In this document: piece by piece, positions 1 to 10,412 of the stretch | Position numbering within the stretch: position 1 is the first letter of the stretch | Layout of the letters: the number at the start of each line of letters is the position of its first letter | Assembly (NCBI GenBank): GCA_049515135.1 | Contig: JBEKUJ010000001.1 | Coordinates: forward strand, 41,593-105,592 | DNA: 64,000 nucleotides | Reading direction: 5' to 3' | DNA from: Spirochaetia bacterium | GTDB lineage: Bacteria > Spirochaetota > Spirochaetia > SZUA-6 > Fen-1364 | The notes under the pieces: model-generated | Told to the model about the DNA's origin: nothing | What the model saw: the letters and a program-made list of their open reading frames with translations, nothing else | The model's database searches: none | Program-made: the position numbers and the translations under genes

Positions 1-80
1 ACCGCGTCCAGAGATCCGCGAATCGCAAAGCGGCCTTTCTTCGCAAGATCAGCCAGGTAGATCAGAGCGGGGTTGGTCAT
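1..80 (-). CDS. N-terminal fragment of an unknown protein (MTNPALIYLADLAKKGRFAIRGSLDA...), running off the window
   Basis: The reverse complement of 78-80 is ATG. AGGA lies 5 nt upstream. The ORF stays open to the window edge and starts 8 nt past the integrase stop, so it is co-directional and likely co-transcribed. Confidence 0.3.
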   Translation of the reverse strand, partial: MTNPALIYLADLAKKGRFAIRGSLDA

Positions 81-88
81 AGGATCCT

Positions 89-991
89 TCATTTCGCCCT
101 CCCTTGACGCTTGGCCGGCTCCTTCTCTTCCAGGTCCAGAAAGGCTTCCTCCGGCGCGAGCCTGGTGCGTGCATACATGCGCGCGGTCACCCCCGGGTTC
201 GTATGTCCCAGCACTGCCGCCACGGCCTGGATATCTTTTCCCCGCTGAATCTGGATTGCGGCCCAGGTGTGTCGCAACTGCTGTGCGCTCACTTCCCTTC
301 CAATCGTCCGAAGAGCTTCCTGCTTGATGCGGTTGGTGACGGATATCCGATTGAAAGGCCTGCCCTGGTGCTCGAACAGGCGGGTCGCGCCGTGAAAGTG
401 CTTCTTGATTCGCTCTATGAGCTCTTTCTTGACGTGGATCGCCCTCTCCTTCGAGCCTTTTCCTATCACTCTCACCTCAGCGAACGCCCCCTTCCCGTTT
501 TTGATGTCCGAGAGCTGTATTCCAAGCATTTCGGACACCCTGACTCCCGTGCCGACAAGAAACATGGCCATCAACCTGACGGTGCTGTCTTTCGTACGTT
601 GGACGAGCAGCCGGGCTTCGTCGACATTCAGCAGCTTTTCCGGCTGAACCGGAAAGGAATCAATCTTCTTCAACCGCACTGATTTCAGCACATCCTCCAG
701 CTGATACTTCTTTCGCAAATCCGCGGCATATCCGCTGTGCCGGAATGCATATCGGATCCGGTTTTTCGCAGCCGCGATCTTCCTGTTGATTGTGGCCGGA
801 GAATACCTCCTGCCGTTCCCCCCCTCATCCAGCCACCTGGCATATTGTTCGAGCCCGTCGACGATGAAAAGCCTTCTGCTCGTCACAAACTGTATGAACT
901 GCTTCACATCGAGCCGGTACCTGTCGCGGATGCCCGCGAGCTCGGCAAGCAGCCTCTCCTGGTCCCGGCTCAACCCCCGTTCTTTCGCCAT
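89..991 (-). CDS. Tyrosine-type site-specific recombinase / phage integrase family protein
   Basis: The 300-aa protein has the C-terminal catalytic signature of tyrosine recombinases (...LRHTWAAIQIQRGKDIQAVAAVLGHTNPGVTARMYA..., i.e. R..H..R..Y, and upstream GTGVRVSE). Its size is typical of XerC/D-like or phage integrases. Confidence 0.85.
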   Translation of the reverse strand: MAKERGLSRDQERLLAELAGIRDRYRLDVKQFIQFVTSRRLFIVDGLEQYARWLDEGGNGRRYSPATINRKIAAAKNRIRYAFRHSGYAADLRKKYQLEDVLKSVRLKKIDSFPVQPEKLLNVDEARLLVQRTKDSTVRLMAMFLVGTGVRVSEMLGIQLSDIKNGKGAFAEVRVIGKGSKERAIHVKKELIERIKKHFHGATRLFEHQGRPFNRISVTNRIKQEALRTIGREVSAQQLRHTWAAIQIQRGKDIQAVAAVLGHTNPGVTARMYARTRLAPEEAFLDLEEKEPAKRQGRAK

Positions 992-1312
992 TCCTCACGC
1001 CCTCTTTCGCGAACCTTACTGAACATTTCTTGTGTAATGTAACAGATAGTAGTTGCCGAGTCAAGACCCGCCTGCCGGGGCTGCAAAGGGGAGCCGCAGC
1101 AGTGTCCAAGGATCGCCGATTTGTGTATGATCGCATGGTGATCAGATTCACAACGTTCCCCCTGCATCAGGCACTCCTCCGCTCGAGAGGGTTGGCAGAC
1201 CACGCTCACTAGTCCCGATACATCCCACATCGCTTTCGCGGAACGGACGCGGACCGCCATTCTCACCGCCTACTTCGCAAAAAGCGAGGAAGGGGGCAAC
1301 GCTCTCAGGACG

Positions 1313-4300
1313 TTGCAAAGGAGGGGCTTCCGCCGCATCGCTTTGCTGCGCAAGGGCGCGGGAGGGGATGTGCATGCGCGGGACCCATTTCCGCCGCGTC
1401 GCGCGCTCGTCGCCTTCCTGGCAGCAGCAATTTTCGGGATCGCATCTGTCGCTGCATCGCTCCTCCTGGAGTGGCCGACACTGCCCACCGGCCTGGCGGG
1501 CGGCTTTCTCGGGCTCCTGGCCGGTTGGATGTCGAATCGACGTTCGAAACTTGGGATTGCGAGGAGGCTGCTCAAGGATCACGCGCGCTGGCTGGTGTCG
1601 GATGAGACGGTCCTCGTTCTGCAGGCGCCTGTTCACACAATGCACGCCGCTGTTTCACTACTGCGGGAAGGCGGTGATATCCCGCCGGCGGTCTTCATCC
1701 TGCATCCGAAGCGGGCGACGCCCGCGAACGACGCACAGAGCCCCCGAGCGCCGTTCCTGCCTGCCCAGCTCCGGGAGCGCGCCGCGCGCTTGGCTCTGGA
1801 CCACCTGCTCGATCCCGAGCGTCGAACCGGTGCCGAGCTTTTCACGAAGCTCCAGAACGCTCGCAGCCAGGTCCACGAGATATGCGTGGATCTCACACAG
1901 GCGGGCCGGCTGGAACAGGGAACGCCTCCGACGGCAGAATGGATTCTCGACAATGAGTACGTCATAGAGGGCAATGCGCGCGACGTCCAGGTGAACCTGC
2001 CCCGACAATTCTGCGGGCAGCTTCCCAGCCTGAAGGGCGGGCGCTCCGCGGGCCTGCCCCGCATCTACGACATCGCCTGTGAGCTCGTGGCCGCGCTGGA
2101 GCTGCGCCTGGACAGAGAGAACATCTCCGCGTTCATCGATGGATATCAGTCAGCCTGCCCCCTCACGATAGGCGAGCTATGGGCCCTTCCCCAGATGCTG
2201 CGCATCGCGCTGATCGAGAGCATCCGGAATCTCGCCCTGCGCGCCGCCACAGAGCTGCGTGAGCGGGAGGTCGCCGACTTCTGGGCGAACAGACTGATAC
2301 GAGCCAACAGGCGGGGGTCTGACCAGCTCTTCGCCATCCTTGCCGAGGTAGCGGTCACACAACCCGGCCCGAGCCCCTATTTCGCGGGCCAGCTCGTCGA
2401 CCACCTGTACGACGAGGAAGCGGCGCTGGTGCTGGCGCAGGGATGGCTGGAGCGCACGTACCACCAGCCCCTGAGCGAGATCAACCTGCGCGAGCAGAAC
2501 CGCCAGGCGACGGACCAGATCTCCATCGGCAACGCATTTGCCAGTCTTCGGCAGCTCGCCCTGCTCGACTGGCGGCAGATCTTCGAGATGTCAAGCCGGG
2601 TGGAACAGCTGCTTCGAAAGGACCCCGCAGGCGTCTATCCCAGGATGGATTTCGACACGCGGGACCGCTATCGCAGAATAGTCGAAGAGCTGTCCCGATT
2701 ATCAGGCCAGACGGAGGACGGGGTCGCGCAACGAGTGCTCGCGCTTGCAGCGGAGGAGGCCAGGGGTCCTGATGGTGATGAGCGCCGCCGCCATGTCGGC
2801 ACGTACCTGATCGGAGAAGACAGGCGGGTGCTCGTTCAGCAGCTGCAGTGCAGAGAGAGTCGGCGCTACCGCTTCCTGCGCTGGATCTACCGCCACGCGA
2901 CGGCGGTGTACCTTCCGGCCTTTGGCATCCTTACGATCCTGTCCACTCTCATGATCGCCCTGGCCGGCTCGCGCGGACTTGCGCCGCAGGTGCGGCTTCT
3001 GACGGCGTTTCTTCTGCTTCTTCCCGCCAGCCAGCTCGTCCTCGAGTTTCTCAATTATCTCGTCACTCGGCTCCTTCCGCCGAGAGTCACGCCCAAGATG
3101 GATTTCAAGGTCTCTGGGGTCCCCGACGAGTTTCGGACACTGGTTGTCGTGCCCGTGCTGCTCGGCAGCGTGGAGTCGATCCGCGCCGAGGCGGAGAAGC
3201 TGGAGGTCCGGTACCTTGCCAACAAGGAACCGAACCTCCTCTTCAGCCTCTTCACGGACTACCGCGATGCGGACCACGCGCATCGGGAGGAAGACGTGCT
3301 GCTTCTCCGGGCGGCGGCGGAGAGCATGGAGGCGCTGAACCTGCGCCACGGCGAAGGCCGCTTCCTGCTTTTTCATCGCGAGCGCGCATGGAGCGAATCC
3401 GAGCAGAAGTTCATCGGCTGGGAGCGCAAGCGGGGCAAGCTGGAAGAGCTGAACGGGCTGATTGCAGGCTCACGGCCCGAAGATCCCGCCGGCATGGTCC
3501 GGGTTGGCAATCCCGCCGCGCTGCGGAATGTCAGGTTCGTGATCACTCTGGACAGCGACACGCAGCTCCCGCCGGGCGCTGCCCGGCGCTTGATCGAGAC
3601 TCTCGCGCATCCTCTGAACCAGCCGCGGTTCGATCAGGCAGGAAGGGTGGAAGCCGGCACTTTCACGATCATACAGCCGCGCGTGAGCCCCTCCCTGCCG
3701 AGCGCGAGCGCCTCTCTTTTCAGCCGCCTGTTCGCTGATGCGGGGGGCATCGATCCCTACACACGGGCGGTTTCCGATGTTCACCAGGACCTCATCGGTG
3801 AAGGTTCGTATTACGGAAAAGGGATCTATGACGTTCGGGCTTTTGATCGCGCGCTTTCGGGGCGTTTCCCCGAAGAGCGCCTGTTGAGCCATGACCTGAT
3901 AGAGGGGGCCCATGTCCGCGTGGGGCTGGCCAGCGACATCGAGCTCTATGACGAGTTCCCCCAGGGCTACGCCGGGTACGCTGACCGGCAGCATCGCTGG
4001 ATTCGCGGTGACTGGCAGATTGCGCAGTGGATTTCGGGGTGGGTTCCGCGGCGCGAGGGGGGCCGCGAACGGAATTGGCTTTCCCTTTTCGATCGCTGGA
4101 AGCTCCTGGACAACCTGCGCCGCAGCCTCGTGCCGGCTGTGAGCGTGGGTCTGCTCCTGGCGTGCTGGATCATCTCCCCGGGCGCGGGCTGGATCGCGAC
4201 CCTGGTTGTCGCGGCGCAGCTGCTGTTTCGACCCCTGGCCCAGCCCTTCACCATGGTGACCACCCGACGGGGGCTCAGGGGCTTCACCCTCTCCGGCGTC

Positions 4301-7300
4301 GCGCACGATGTGCTGCGGGCGCTCGCGGATGCCTCGTTTCTCCCTCACCAGGCCGGGCTGGCGCTGGATGCGATTATACGAACAGGGTACCGCCATTTCA
4401 TTTCCCACAGGAGGATGCTCCAGTGGACCTCCACCCAGGCGCTGCCCGGTGCGGGCTCGAGACGGCGGAGGCGCCTCATGCTGTCCATGGGCATGGTGAG
4501 CGTTGCGAGCGCAGTCGCGGCATTCCTGCTGCTGCGCTGGATGCCATCGAGTCTTGCAAACGCCGGTCCATGGCTGGCTCTGTGGTTTCTCTCCCCAGTC
4601 GCCGCCTGGCTCCTGAGCTTCAAACCGCATGCGCGGGAGCGCCCGCTTGCGCTGCCCCAGGCGGACGCGCGTTTCCTCAGGGAGATTGCGCGCCGGACCT
4701 GGCGTTATTTCGACGATTTCGTCAGCGCAGACACCTCCTGGCTGCCCCCCGATAACTGCCAGGTCTCCCCGCTGAACGAGCTTGCGATGCGCACCAGTCC
4801 CACCAACGTCGCTCTCTGGATGCTGAGTCTGCTCGCGGCGCGGGATTTCGGGTACCAGACCGTTGATCAGGTCGTCGAGAAATTGACTGGCACCATGGAA
4901 ACCATCAAGGGGTTGCAACGCTTCGAAGGTCACCTGCTGAACTGGTACGACGTGCGGACCAAGGCTCCTCTCGAACCGCGTTATGTTTCTGCCGTCGACA
5001 GCGGGAACCTTCTCGGGGCCTTGTGGGCCCTCGAGCATGGGCTTGAAGAGATGCTCCAGGAGCCAGTCCTCAGCGGCACTGTCTTTTCCGGCCTGCGGGA
5101 CACAGGGAGAATCCTGCGGCGCATCCTGGGCAGGGACAGGTCGTCAAGCTCCTCCTCGCATGCTCTTTCTTCCCTCCTGGGCAGGTGGGAGAGCCCGCCG
5201 GCCCGTTTCGTGGACTCACTCGGCCTCCTGCGATGGGGGGATGAGGAGATCACGGCAATTGCCGGCGCGGGAGAGGAACACGGGTATTGGGCCGGACAGG
5301 TGCAGAGGCAGATATCGGCCTGGCGGCACCTTGCGGACCGCTATCTCCGCTGGATGGAGATACTGGCAGGGAAGTCGGAGGAGCAGATCGCGTCGCTGGG
5401 TCCGGAGGCGGCGGAAGCGGTGCGCGCGGATCTGTCGCGCGCCCCTTCGCCCAGGGACCTTGCAAGCGGGCGTGTCGGCTGCATTCCCATCCTCCAGGCG
5501 ATGCGGGATGAGGCGCCCGCGGATTCGACCCACGCCTGGATAGAGCCGGTGCTGCAGGCCTTCTCGACATCGCGCTGGCTTGCCGGCGAAATCCTGGGTC
5601 TTGCCGAACGGCTCATCACTGACTGCCGCGCCTTGTCGGAACAGATCAACATGCGTTTTCTCTACGATCCCGAGCGCCGGCTGTTCTCCATCGGCTACAA
5701 CGTGTCCGAGGGCCGCCGCGACGGGGCATTCTACGATCTGCTTGCCAGCGAAGCGCGGCTGGGCAGCTTTGTCGCGATTGCCCGGGGCGATGTTCCCTTC
5801 GAGCACTGGTTTTCCTTGAGCCGCCCCTATTCATCCCTCGGGCGGCGCCGCGTTCTCCTGAGCTGGACGGGGACGATGTTCGAATACCTCATGCCGTTGA
5901 TCTTTCAGCGATCGCTCCCGAATACGCTCCTGGACGAGGCTGCGCGAAGCGCCGTTGCCGTCCAGATGGAGTATGCGCGGCGGCATAGGGTGCCGTGGGG
6001 AATCTCGGAATCGGCCTTTGCGGACCTGGATCTCAACAGGGTGTATCAGTACAGGGCATTCGGCGTGCCCGAGCTGGGATTGAAGCGCTGGACAGAGCAG
6101 AAGGTGGTCGTAGCCCCTTATGCAACCCTGCTCGCGGTCGGTTTTGCGCCGGCGGAAACCATGCGCAACCTGAGGCGGCTGGCCTCGCTGGGGCTGCTCG
6201 CCAGACACGGGTACTACGATGCCATCGATTTCAGCCGTCAACCGGGCCGCGCCGGCGGGCGGGGCGTGATCGCCCAGACCTACATGGCGCATCACCAGGG
6301 CATGGGTTTCCTTTCCCTTGCCAACTTCCTGCTCGAGGGAGTGATACGCCGAAGGTTCCATGCCGATGGACGCGTGCGGGCAGTGGAGCCCCTTCTCCAT
6401 GAGAGAGCCCCGGTGTTGCCCTCGCTGTATCACATCTCCACCCGGGAACAGGCGCAAGCGGCTGACAGCGTCGGAGAGGTGGCCCCCTCCACCAGCACGT
6501 TCGACACGCCGCACACCAGGACGCCAAAGACGCAGCTCCTCAGCAATGGCCGCTATAACGTCATGCTCACCAACGCCGGCGGCGGCTACAGCCAGTGGGG
6601 CGCGGAGGAGATCACGCGCTGGAGGTCGGACCGGACGCGGGATTCGTGGGGAACCTTTTTTTACATCCACGAGCCTGACTCGGGTGAAACGTGGTCCGCC
6701 GGTTTCCAGCCCTGCGGCGGACCGGCTGAGTCGTACTCAGCTTCCTTCGCGCTTGACCGGGCCTTGTTCAAACGTACAGACAACGGGATCCAGGCACGGA
6801 CCGAGGTCGTCGTCTCGCCGGAAGACGACGTGGAAATCCGCCGCGTCACGCTGATCAATCGGTCCCTGCGCACTCGCCGCCTGGAATGCAGCAGTTACAT
6901 CGAGCTCTCCATGGCGCCGCACGCGGCTGACAGGCAGCATCCGGCCTTCAACAAGCTGTTCATCCAGACCGAGGCGCTTCCCCACCTGCGCTCGCTTCTC
7001 GCAGTCCGACGCCCGCGGGCGGAGGATGCCCCGCCGATGTACGTGGCTCACCGCCTCACCCTCGAAGACGCCGGGGAGGAGCCGCTGCGGTTCGAAACCG
7101 ACCGCCGTGCTTTCATTGGGAGGGGACGGACCCTTGCAAACCCGGCGGGCATCGTCGAGGAGCCGCATAACACCGAAGGGTATGTATTGGATCCTGTCCT
7201 CAGCCTGCGGACGAGCGTGAACCTGGCTCCCGGGCAGCACGTCGTGCTTTCTCTTGTCCTGGCCGCCGGGGAAAAGCGGGAGCACGTCGTGAACCTCATG

Positions 7301-10300
7301 GGGAAGTACGCTGACCCCTACGCCATCCACCGGGCCATGGACTTCGCATGGGCCGCCGCACAGCTCGAGCTTCGTGTCCTGCGCATCCAGCCCGACGATG
7401 CGCGCCGCTTTCAGCAGCTTGCAAGCCACCTGCTGTACCCCAACCGGCTTCTGCGGTGCGCTGCGGAAAGGATCGAGGAAAATGTCAAAGGCCAGGCCGG
7501 CCTGTGGCAGTATGGAATCTCGGGCGACCTGCCCATTGCGCTGGTGACCATCAGCGAGATTCGTGACGTGGGCCTGGTCGGGCAGATGCTCCAGGCCCAT
7601 ACCTACTGGCGCATGCATGGCTTGACCGCGGATCTGGTGATCCTTGCCGAAGAGGTCGACAGCTACGAGCAGCCCTTGCACGGGAGGCTCGAAACACTGA
7701 TCCAGGCCCACTCGGTGCACACGGGCAGGGACAAACCGGGCGGCGTTTTTCTGCGCAAGGCGAACCAGATCACGGAGGCGGACCTGACCCTCCTCCACGC
7801 TGCGGCCAGTATTGTGCTGGTGGGAGCGCGCGGCGCGTTGGCACAGCAGGTTGGCATCCCGGGGGAGACACCCTCTGCCCTGCAGAGACCGGCCTGGAAG
7901 CGCGCTCCCCAAGATCCGTCCAATGCCCTGCCGTTCCTGGAGCTGCCCTACTTCAACGGCATTGGCGGCTTCACTCCGGACGGCCGGGAGTACGCCATCT
8001 ATCTCGGCGCCGGCACCCACACACCCGACCCCTGGGTGAATGTCATCGCCAATCCGACCTTCGGGACCCTTGTCAGTGAAAGCGGCGCAGGGTTCACCTG
8101 GAGCGGGAACAGCCAAAGGAACCGTCTCACCGCCTGGTCAAACGATCCCGTCACGGATCCGGCCTCCGAGGCGCTCTACATCAGGGACGAGGAGACCGGC
8201 CTCTGCTGGACGCCGACGGCGTCACCCATCCGGGAGGAGACCGCGTATCGCGCCCGTCATGGCGCCGGGTATTCGGTTTTCGAGCACAACAGCAACGGCA
8301 TCAACCAGGAGCTGACGGTGTTCGTGCCGATGGACCGGGACGGGGGGCAGCCGGTCAAGCTGCAGAGGCTGCGGTTGAAAAACGACTGCGAAAGGCCCCG
8401 TACGCTCTCGCTGACCTGGTATGTCGAATGGGTGCTCGGCGAGCACCGCGAGACATCCCAGATGCATGTCGTCACGAGCTGGGACGACGAGATCCAGGCG
8501 CTGATGGCCCGAAACCGTTTCCACCCCGAGTATGGAGACCGCGTGGCATTCGCGGCGCTCAGCGCCGCCGCGGGGTCCTGGACCGGCGACCGCACCTCCT
8601 TCCTGGGGAGAAACAGCTCTCTGCAACATGCGGCGGCCATGGAGCAGACATCGCTCTCGGGTCGCACTGGTGCGGGGCTGGATCCCTGCGGGGCGCTGCG
8701 GATGACATTCGAGCTGGCCCCTGGGGAGCAGACAGAGGTGGCATGCTTTCTCGGCGAGGCTGACTCCGCCGAGGCGGCCCGCGCCCTGATTCTCTCCTTT
8801 CGAAAAAGCGGGGAGATCGATGTCGCCCTGGAAAAGACAAAGGCGTGGTGGGACGGGCTCCTGGGCTCAGTGGAAGCGCATACGCCCGAGCTTGCAGTGG
8901 ACTTCCTCATCAACAGGTGGTTGTTGTACCAGTGCGTGAGCTGCCGGATATGGGGAAGGTCGGCTTTCTACCAATCCGGCGGCGCATTCGGCTTCCGCGA
9001 CCAGCTCCAGGACGTCATGGCTCTCCTCTACGCCTCTCCCTCTCTGGCGCGCGACCACATCATCCTGGCGGCGAGCCGGCAGTTCAAGGAGGGAGACGTC
9101 CAGCACTGGTGGCATCCCCCCAGCGGCGCGGGAATCCGATCACGAATCTCAGACGACATGTTGTGGCTGCCGTTTGTCGTTGCGCACTACCTGCGAGTCT
9201 CGGGCGATTCAGATATCCTGAGCGCGCCGGTTCCCTTCCTCGATGGTCCAACCCTCAGGGAGGATCAGAAGGAGGCTTTCTTCACCCCGACCTCCGCGAC
9301 AGAGAGCGCGACGCTCTTCGAGCACTGCCGGCGCGCGGTGGCGCGCGGCCTGACGGCAGGGCCGCACGGGCTGCCTCTCATGGGGACAGGGGACTGGAAT
9401 GACGGAATGAACCTTGTCGGCGCCGGCGGCAGGGGGGAGAGCGTCTGGCTGGGCTGGTTCCTTGTCGATGTGCTGAAGGGGATGTCTGAAATGTCGGAGG
9501 CTTTGGGCCTGACCGGCGCGAGCAGGGAATACCAGGAGCAGCGGGAATCGCTGATTGCTGGGATCGAGCACACGGCCTGGGACGGTGACTGGTACATTCG
9601 GGCGATCTTCGATGACGGCACGCTCCTCGGCTCATCGACAAGTACCGAGGCGCGAATCGACTCCATTCCGCAGTCCTGGGCTTCCTTGAGCGGCGGCGCA
9701 GACATGGATCGAGCTCACAAGGCCCTGGAGTCGGGGTGGTCCCAGCTCGTTCGGGAGGAGGAAGGGCTGGTGCTGCTTTTCACGCCTCCATTTGACAAAG
9801 CCGTTCCTTCGCCCGGATACATCCAGGCCTACCCGCCCGGGGTTCGGGAAAACGGAGGCCAATACACGCACGCTGCCCTCTGGCTTGCTATGGCCCTGGC
9901 GCGTCGTGGAGACGGCACCCGTGCGGCAAAGCTGCTGCGGATGCTCAATCCCATCGAGAAGTCGCGCGATCCGGAGGCGGCTAGGCGATACTCGATTGAG
10001 CCGTATGCGCTCGCGGCTGATGTCTATCGTCTGCCCGGTCGGATCGGCATGGGCGGCTGGTCATGGTACACCGGCTCCGCAGCATGGATGTACCGGGCCT
10101 GGGTCGAAGAAGTCCTTGGCTTGAAGGTGCGCGCAAAACGACTGCTGATTGATCCGGTCATCCCAGGCTGGTGGAAAGAGTTTCGCGCGCAATTTCGCCA
10201 TGGCAAGGCGCTCTATGCGATTCATGTCGAAAACCCGGGAGGCTGCGAGCGCGGGGTGTCATGGATGGAGATGGACGGCAGGCGCCTGAAGGACCGCGTG

Positions 10301-10369
10301 ATTCCCCTTGCGCGTGACCTTGCGAAGCACGAGGTCCTGGTGCGGATGGGGAAGCCTGGAGAACCTTGA
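1313..10369 (+). CDS. cgs: Cyclic beta-1,2-glucan synthase (Cgs/NdvB/ChvB-type; GT84 glycosyltransferase + GH94 phosphorylase-like domains), 3018 aa
   Basis: A single giant ORF has N-terminal and internal TM segments. It carries a processive-GT core (VITLDSDTQLPPGAARRLIETL ... QHRWIRGDWQ, i.e. D, DxD, QxxRW). A mid region resembles the Cgs cyclization domain (WLPPDNCQVSPLNELAMRTSPTNVALWML). The C-terminal part is cellobiose/chitobiose-phosphorylase-like (GH94: GGGYSQWGAEEITRW...TFFYIHEPDSGETWSAGFQP, WWHPPSGAGIRSRISDDMLWLPFVVAHYL). Confidence 0.8.
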   Translation: MQRRGFRRIALLRKGAGGDVHARDPFPPRRALVAFLAAAIFGIASVAASLLLEWPTLPTGLAGGFLGLLAGWMSNRRSKLGIARRLLKDHARWLVSDETVLVLQAPVHTMHAAVSLLREGGDIPPAVFILHPKRATPANDAQSPRAPFLPAQLRERAARLALDHLLDPERRTGAELFTKLQNARSQVHEICVDLTQAGRLEQGTPPTAEWILDNEYVIEGNARDVQVNLPRQFCGQLPSLKGGRSAGLPRIYDIACELVAALELRLDRENISAFIDGYQSACPLTIGELWALPQMLRIALIESIRNLALRAATELREREVADFWANRLIRANRRGSDQLFAILAEVAVTQPGPSPYFAGQLVDHLYDEEAALVLAQGWLERTYHQPLSEINLREQNRQATDQISIGNAFASLRQLALLDWRQIFEMSSRVEQLLRKDPAGVYPRMDFDTRDRYRRIVEELSRLSGQTEDGVAQRVLALAAEEARGPDGDERRRHVGTYLIGEDRRVLVQQLQCRESRRYRFLRWIYRHATAVYLPAFGILTILSTLMIALAGSRGLAPQVRLLTAFLLLLPASQLVLEFLNYLVTRLLPPRVTPKMDFKVSGVPDEFRTLVVVPVLLGSVESIRAEAEKLEVRYLANKEPNLLFSLFTDYRDADHAHREEDVLLLRAAAESMEALNLRHGEGRFLLFHRERAWSESEQKFIGWERKRGKLEELNGLIAGSRPEDPAGMVRVGNPAALRNVRFVITLDSDTQLPPGAARRLIETLAHPLNQPRFDQAGRVEAGTFTIIQPRVSPSLPSASASLFSRLFADAGGIDPYTRAVSDVHQDLIGEGSYYGKGIYDVRAFDRALSGRFPEERLLSHDLIEGAHVRVGLASDIELYDEFPQGYAGYADRQHRWIRGDWQIAQWISGWVPRREGGRERNWLSLFDRWKLLDNLRRSLVPAVSVGLLLACWIISPGAGWIATLVVAAQLLFRPLAQPFTMVTTRRGLRGFTLSGVAHDVLRALADASFLPHQAGLALDAIIRTGYRHFISHRRMLQWTSTQALPGAGSRRRRRLMLSMGMVSVASAVAAFLLLRWMPSSLANAGPWLALWFLSPVAAWLLSFKPHARERPLALPQADARFLREIARRTWRYFDDFVSADTSWLPPDNCQVSPLNELAMRTSPTNVALWMLSLLAARDFGYQTVDQVVEKLTGTMETIKGLQRFEGHLLNWYDVRTKAPLEPRYVSAVDSGNLLGALWALEHGLEEMLQEPVLSGTVFSGLRDTGRILRRILGRDRSSSSSSHALSSLLGRWESPPARFVDSLGLLRWGDEEITAIAGAGEEHGYWAGQVQRQISAWRHLADRYLRWMEILAGKSEEQIASLGPEAAEAVRADLSRAPSPRDLASGRVGCIPILQAMRDEAPADSTHAWIEPVLQAFSTSRWLAGEILGLAERLITDCRALSEQINMRFLYDPERRLFSIGYNVSEGRRDGAFYDLLASEARLGSFVAIARGDVPFEHWFSLSRPYSSLGRRRVLLSWTGTMFEYLMPLIFQRSLPNTLLDEAARSAVAVQMEYARRHRVPWGISESAFADLDLNRVYQYRAFGVPELGLKRWTEQKVVVAPYATLLAVGFAPAETMRNLRRLASLGLLARHGYYDAIDFSRQPGRAGGRGVIAQTYMAHHQGMGFLSLANFLLEGVIRRRFHADGRVRAVEPLLHERAPVLPSLYHISTREQAQAADSVGEVAPSTSTFDTPHTRTPKTQLLSNGRYNVMLTNAGGGYSQWGAEEITRWRSDRTRDSWGTFFYIHEPDSGETWSAGFQPCGGPAESYSASFALDRALFKRTDNGIQARTEVVVSPEDDVEIRRVTLINRSLRTRRLECSSYIELSMAPHAADRQHPAFNKLFIQTEALPHLRSLLAVRRPRAEDAPPMYVAHRLTLEDAGEEPLRFETDRRAFIGRGRTLANPAGIVEEPHNTEGYVLDPVLSLRTSVNLAPGQHVVLSLVLAAGEKREHVVNLMGKYADPYAIHRAMDFAWAAAQLELRVLRIQPDDARRFQQLASHLLYPNRLLRCAAERIEENVKGQAGLWQYGISGDLPIALVTISEIRDVGLVGQMLQAHTYWRMHGLTADLVILAEEVDSYEQPLHGRLETLIQAHSVHTGRDKPGGVFLRKANQITEADLTLLHAAASIVLVGARGALAQQVGIPGETPSALQRPAWKRAPQDPSNALPFLELPYFNGIGGFTPDGREYAIYLGAGTHTPDPWVNVIANPTFGTLVSESGAGFTWSGNSQRNRLTAWSNDPVTDPASEALYIRDEETGLCWTPTASPIREETAYRARHGAGYSVFEHNSNGINQELTVFVPMDRDGGQPVKLQRLRLKNDCERPRTLSLTWYVEWVLGEHRETSQMHVVTSWDDEIQALMARNRFHPEYGDRVAFAALSAAAGSWTGDRTSFLGRNSSLQHAAAMEQTSLSGRTGAGLDPCGALRMTFELAPGEQTEVACFLGEADSAEAARALILSFRKSGEIDVALEKTKAWWDGLLGSVEAHTPELAVDFLINRWLLYQCVSCRIWGRSAFYQSGGAFGFRDQLQDVMALLYASPSLARDHIILAASRQFKEGDVQHWWHPPSGAGIRSRISDDMLWLPFVVAHYLRVSGDSDILSAPVPFLDGPTLREDQKEAFFTPTSATESATLFEHCRRAVARGLTAGPHGLPLMGTGDWNDGMNLVGAGGRGESVWLGWFLVDVLKGMSEMSEALGLTGASREYQEQRESLIAGIEHTAWDGDWYIRAIFDDGTLLGSSTSTEARIDSIPQSWASLSGGADMDRAHKALESGWSQLVREEEGLVLLFTPPFDKAVPSPGYIQAYPPGVRENGGQYTHAALWLAMALARRGDGTRAAKLLRMLNPIEKSRDPEAARRYSIEPYALAADVYRLPGRIGMGGWSWYTGSAAWMYRAWVEEVLGLKVRAKRLLIDPVIPGWWKEFRAQFRHGKALYAIHVENPGGCERGVSWMEMDGRRLKDRVIPLARDLAKHEVLVRMGKPGEP

Positions 10370-10412
10370 AGGCCGGCTGTTCCCTGACGTAATGGCGGAG
10401 TGACTCGACTCG

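Noticed and set aside
992-1312. Looked for a tRNA or att site next to the integrase in the 320-bp gap
   Set aside because: No cloverleaf-compatible sequence and no T-loop consensus (GGTTCGAATCC-like) are visible. Any attachment tRNA is more likely to lie left of the window.
3470-8116. Long antisense ORFs inside the Cgs gene (3470..5038, 522 aa; 6737..8116, 459 aa; others)
   Set aside because: They are Arg/Pro/Gly-rich, low-complexity translations, which is typical of spurious open frames in high-GC DNA. They are fully nested opposite a gene with clear domain motifs.
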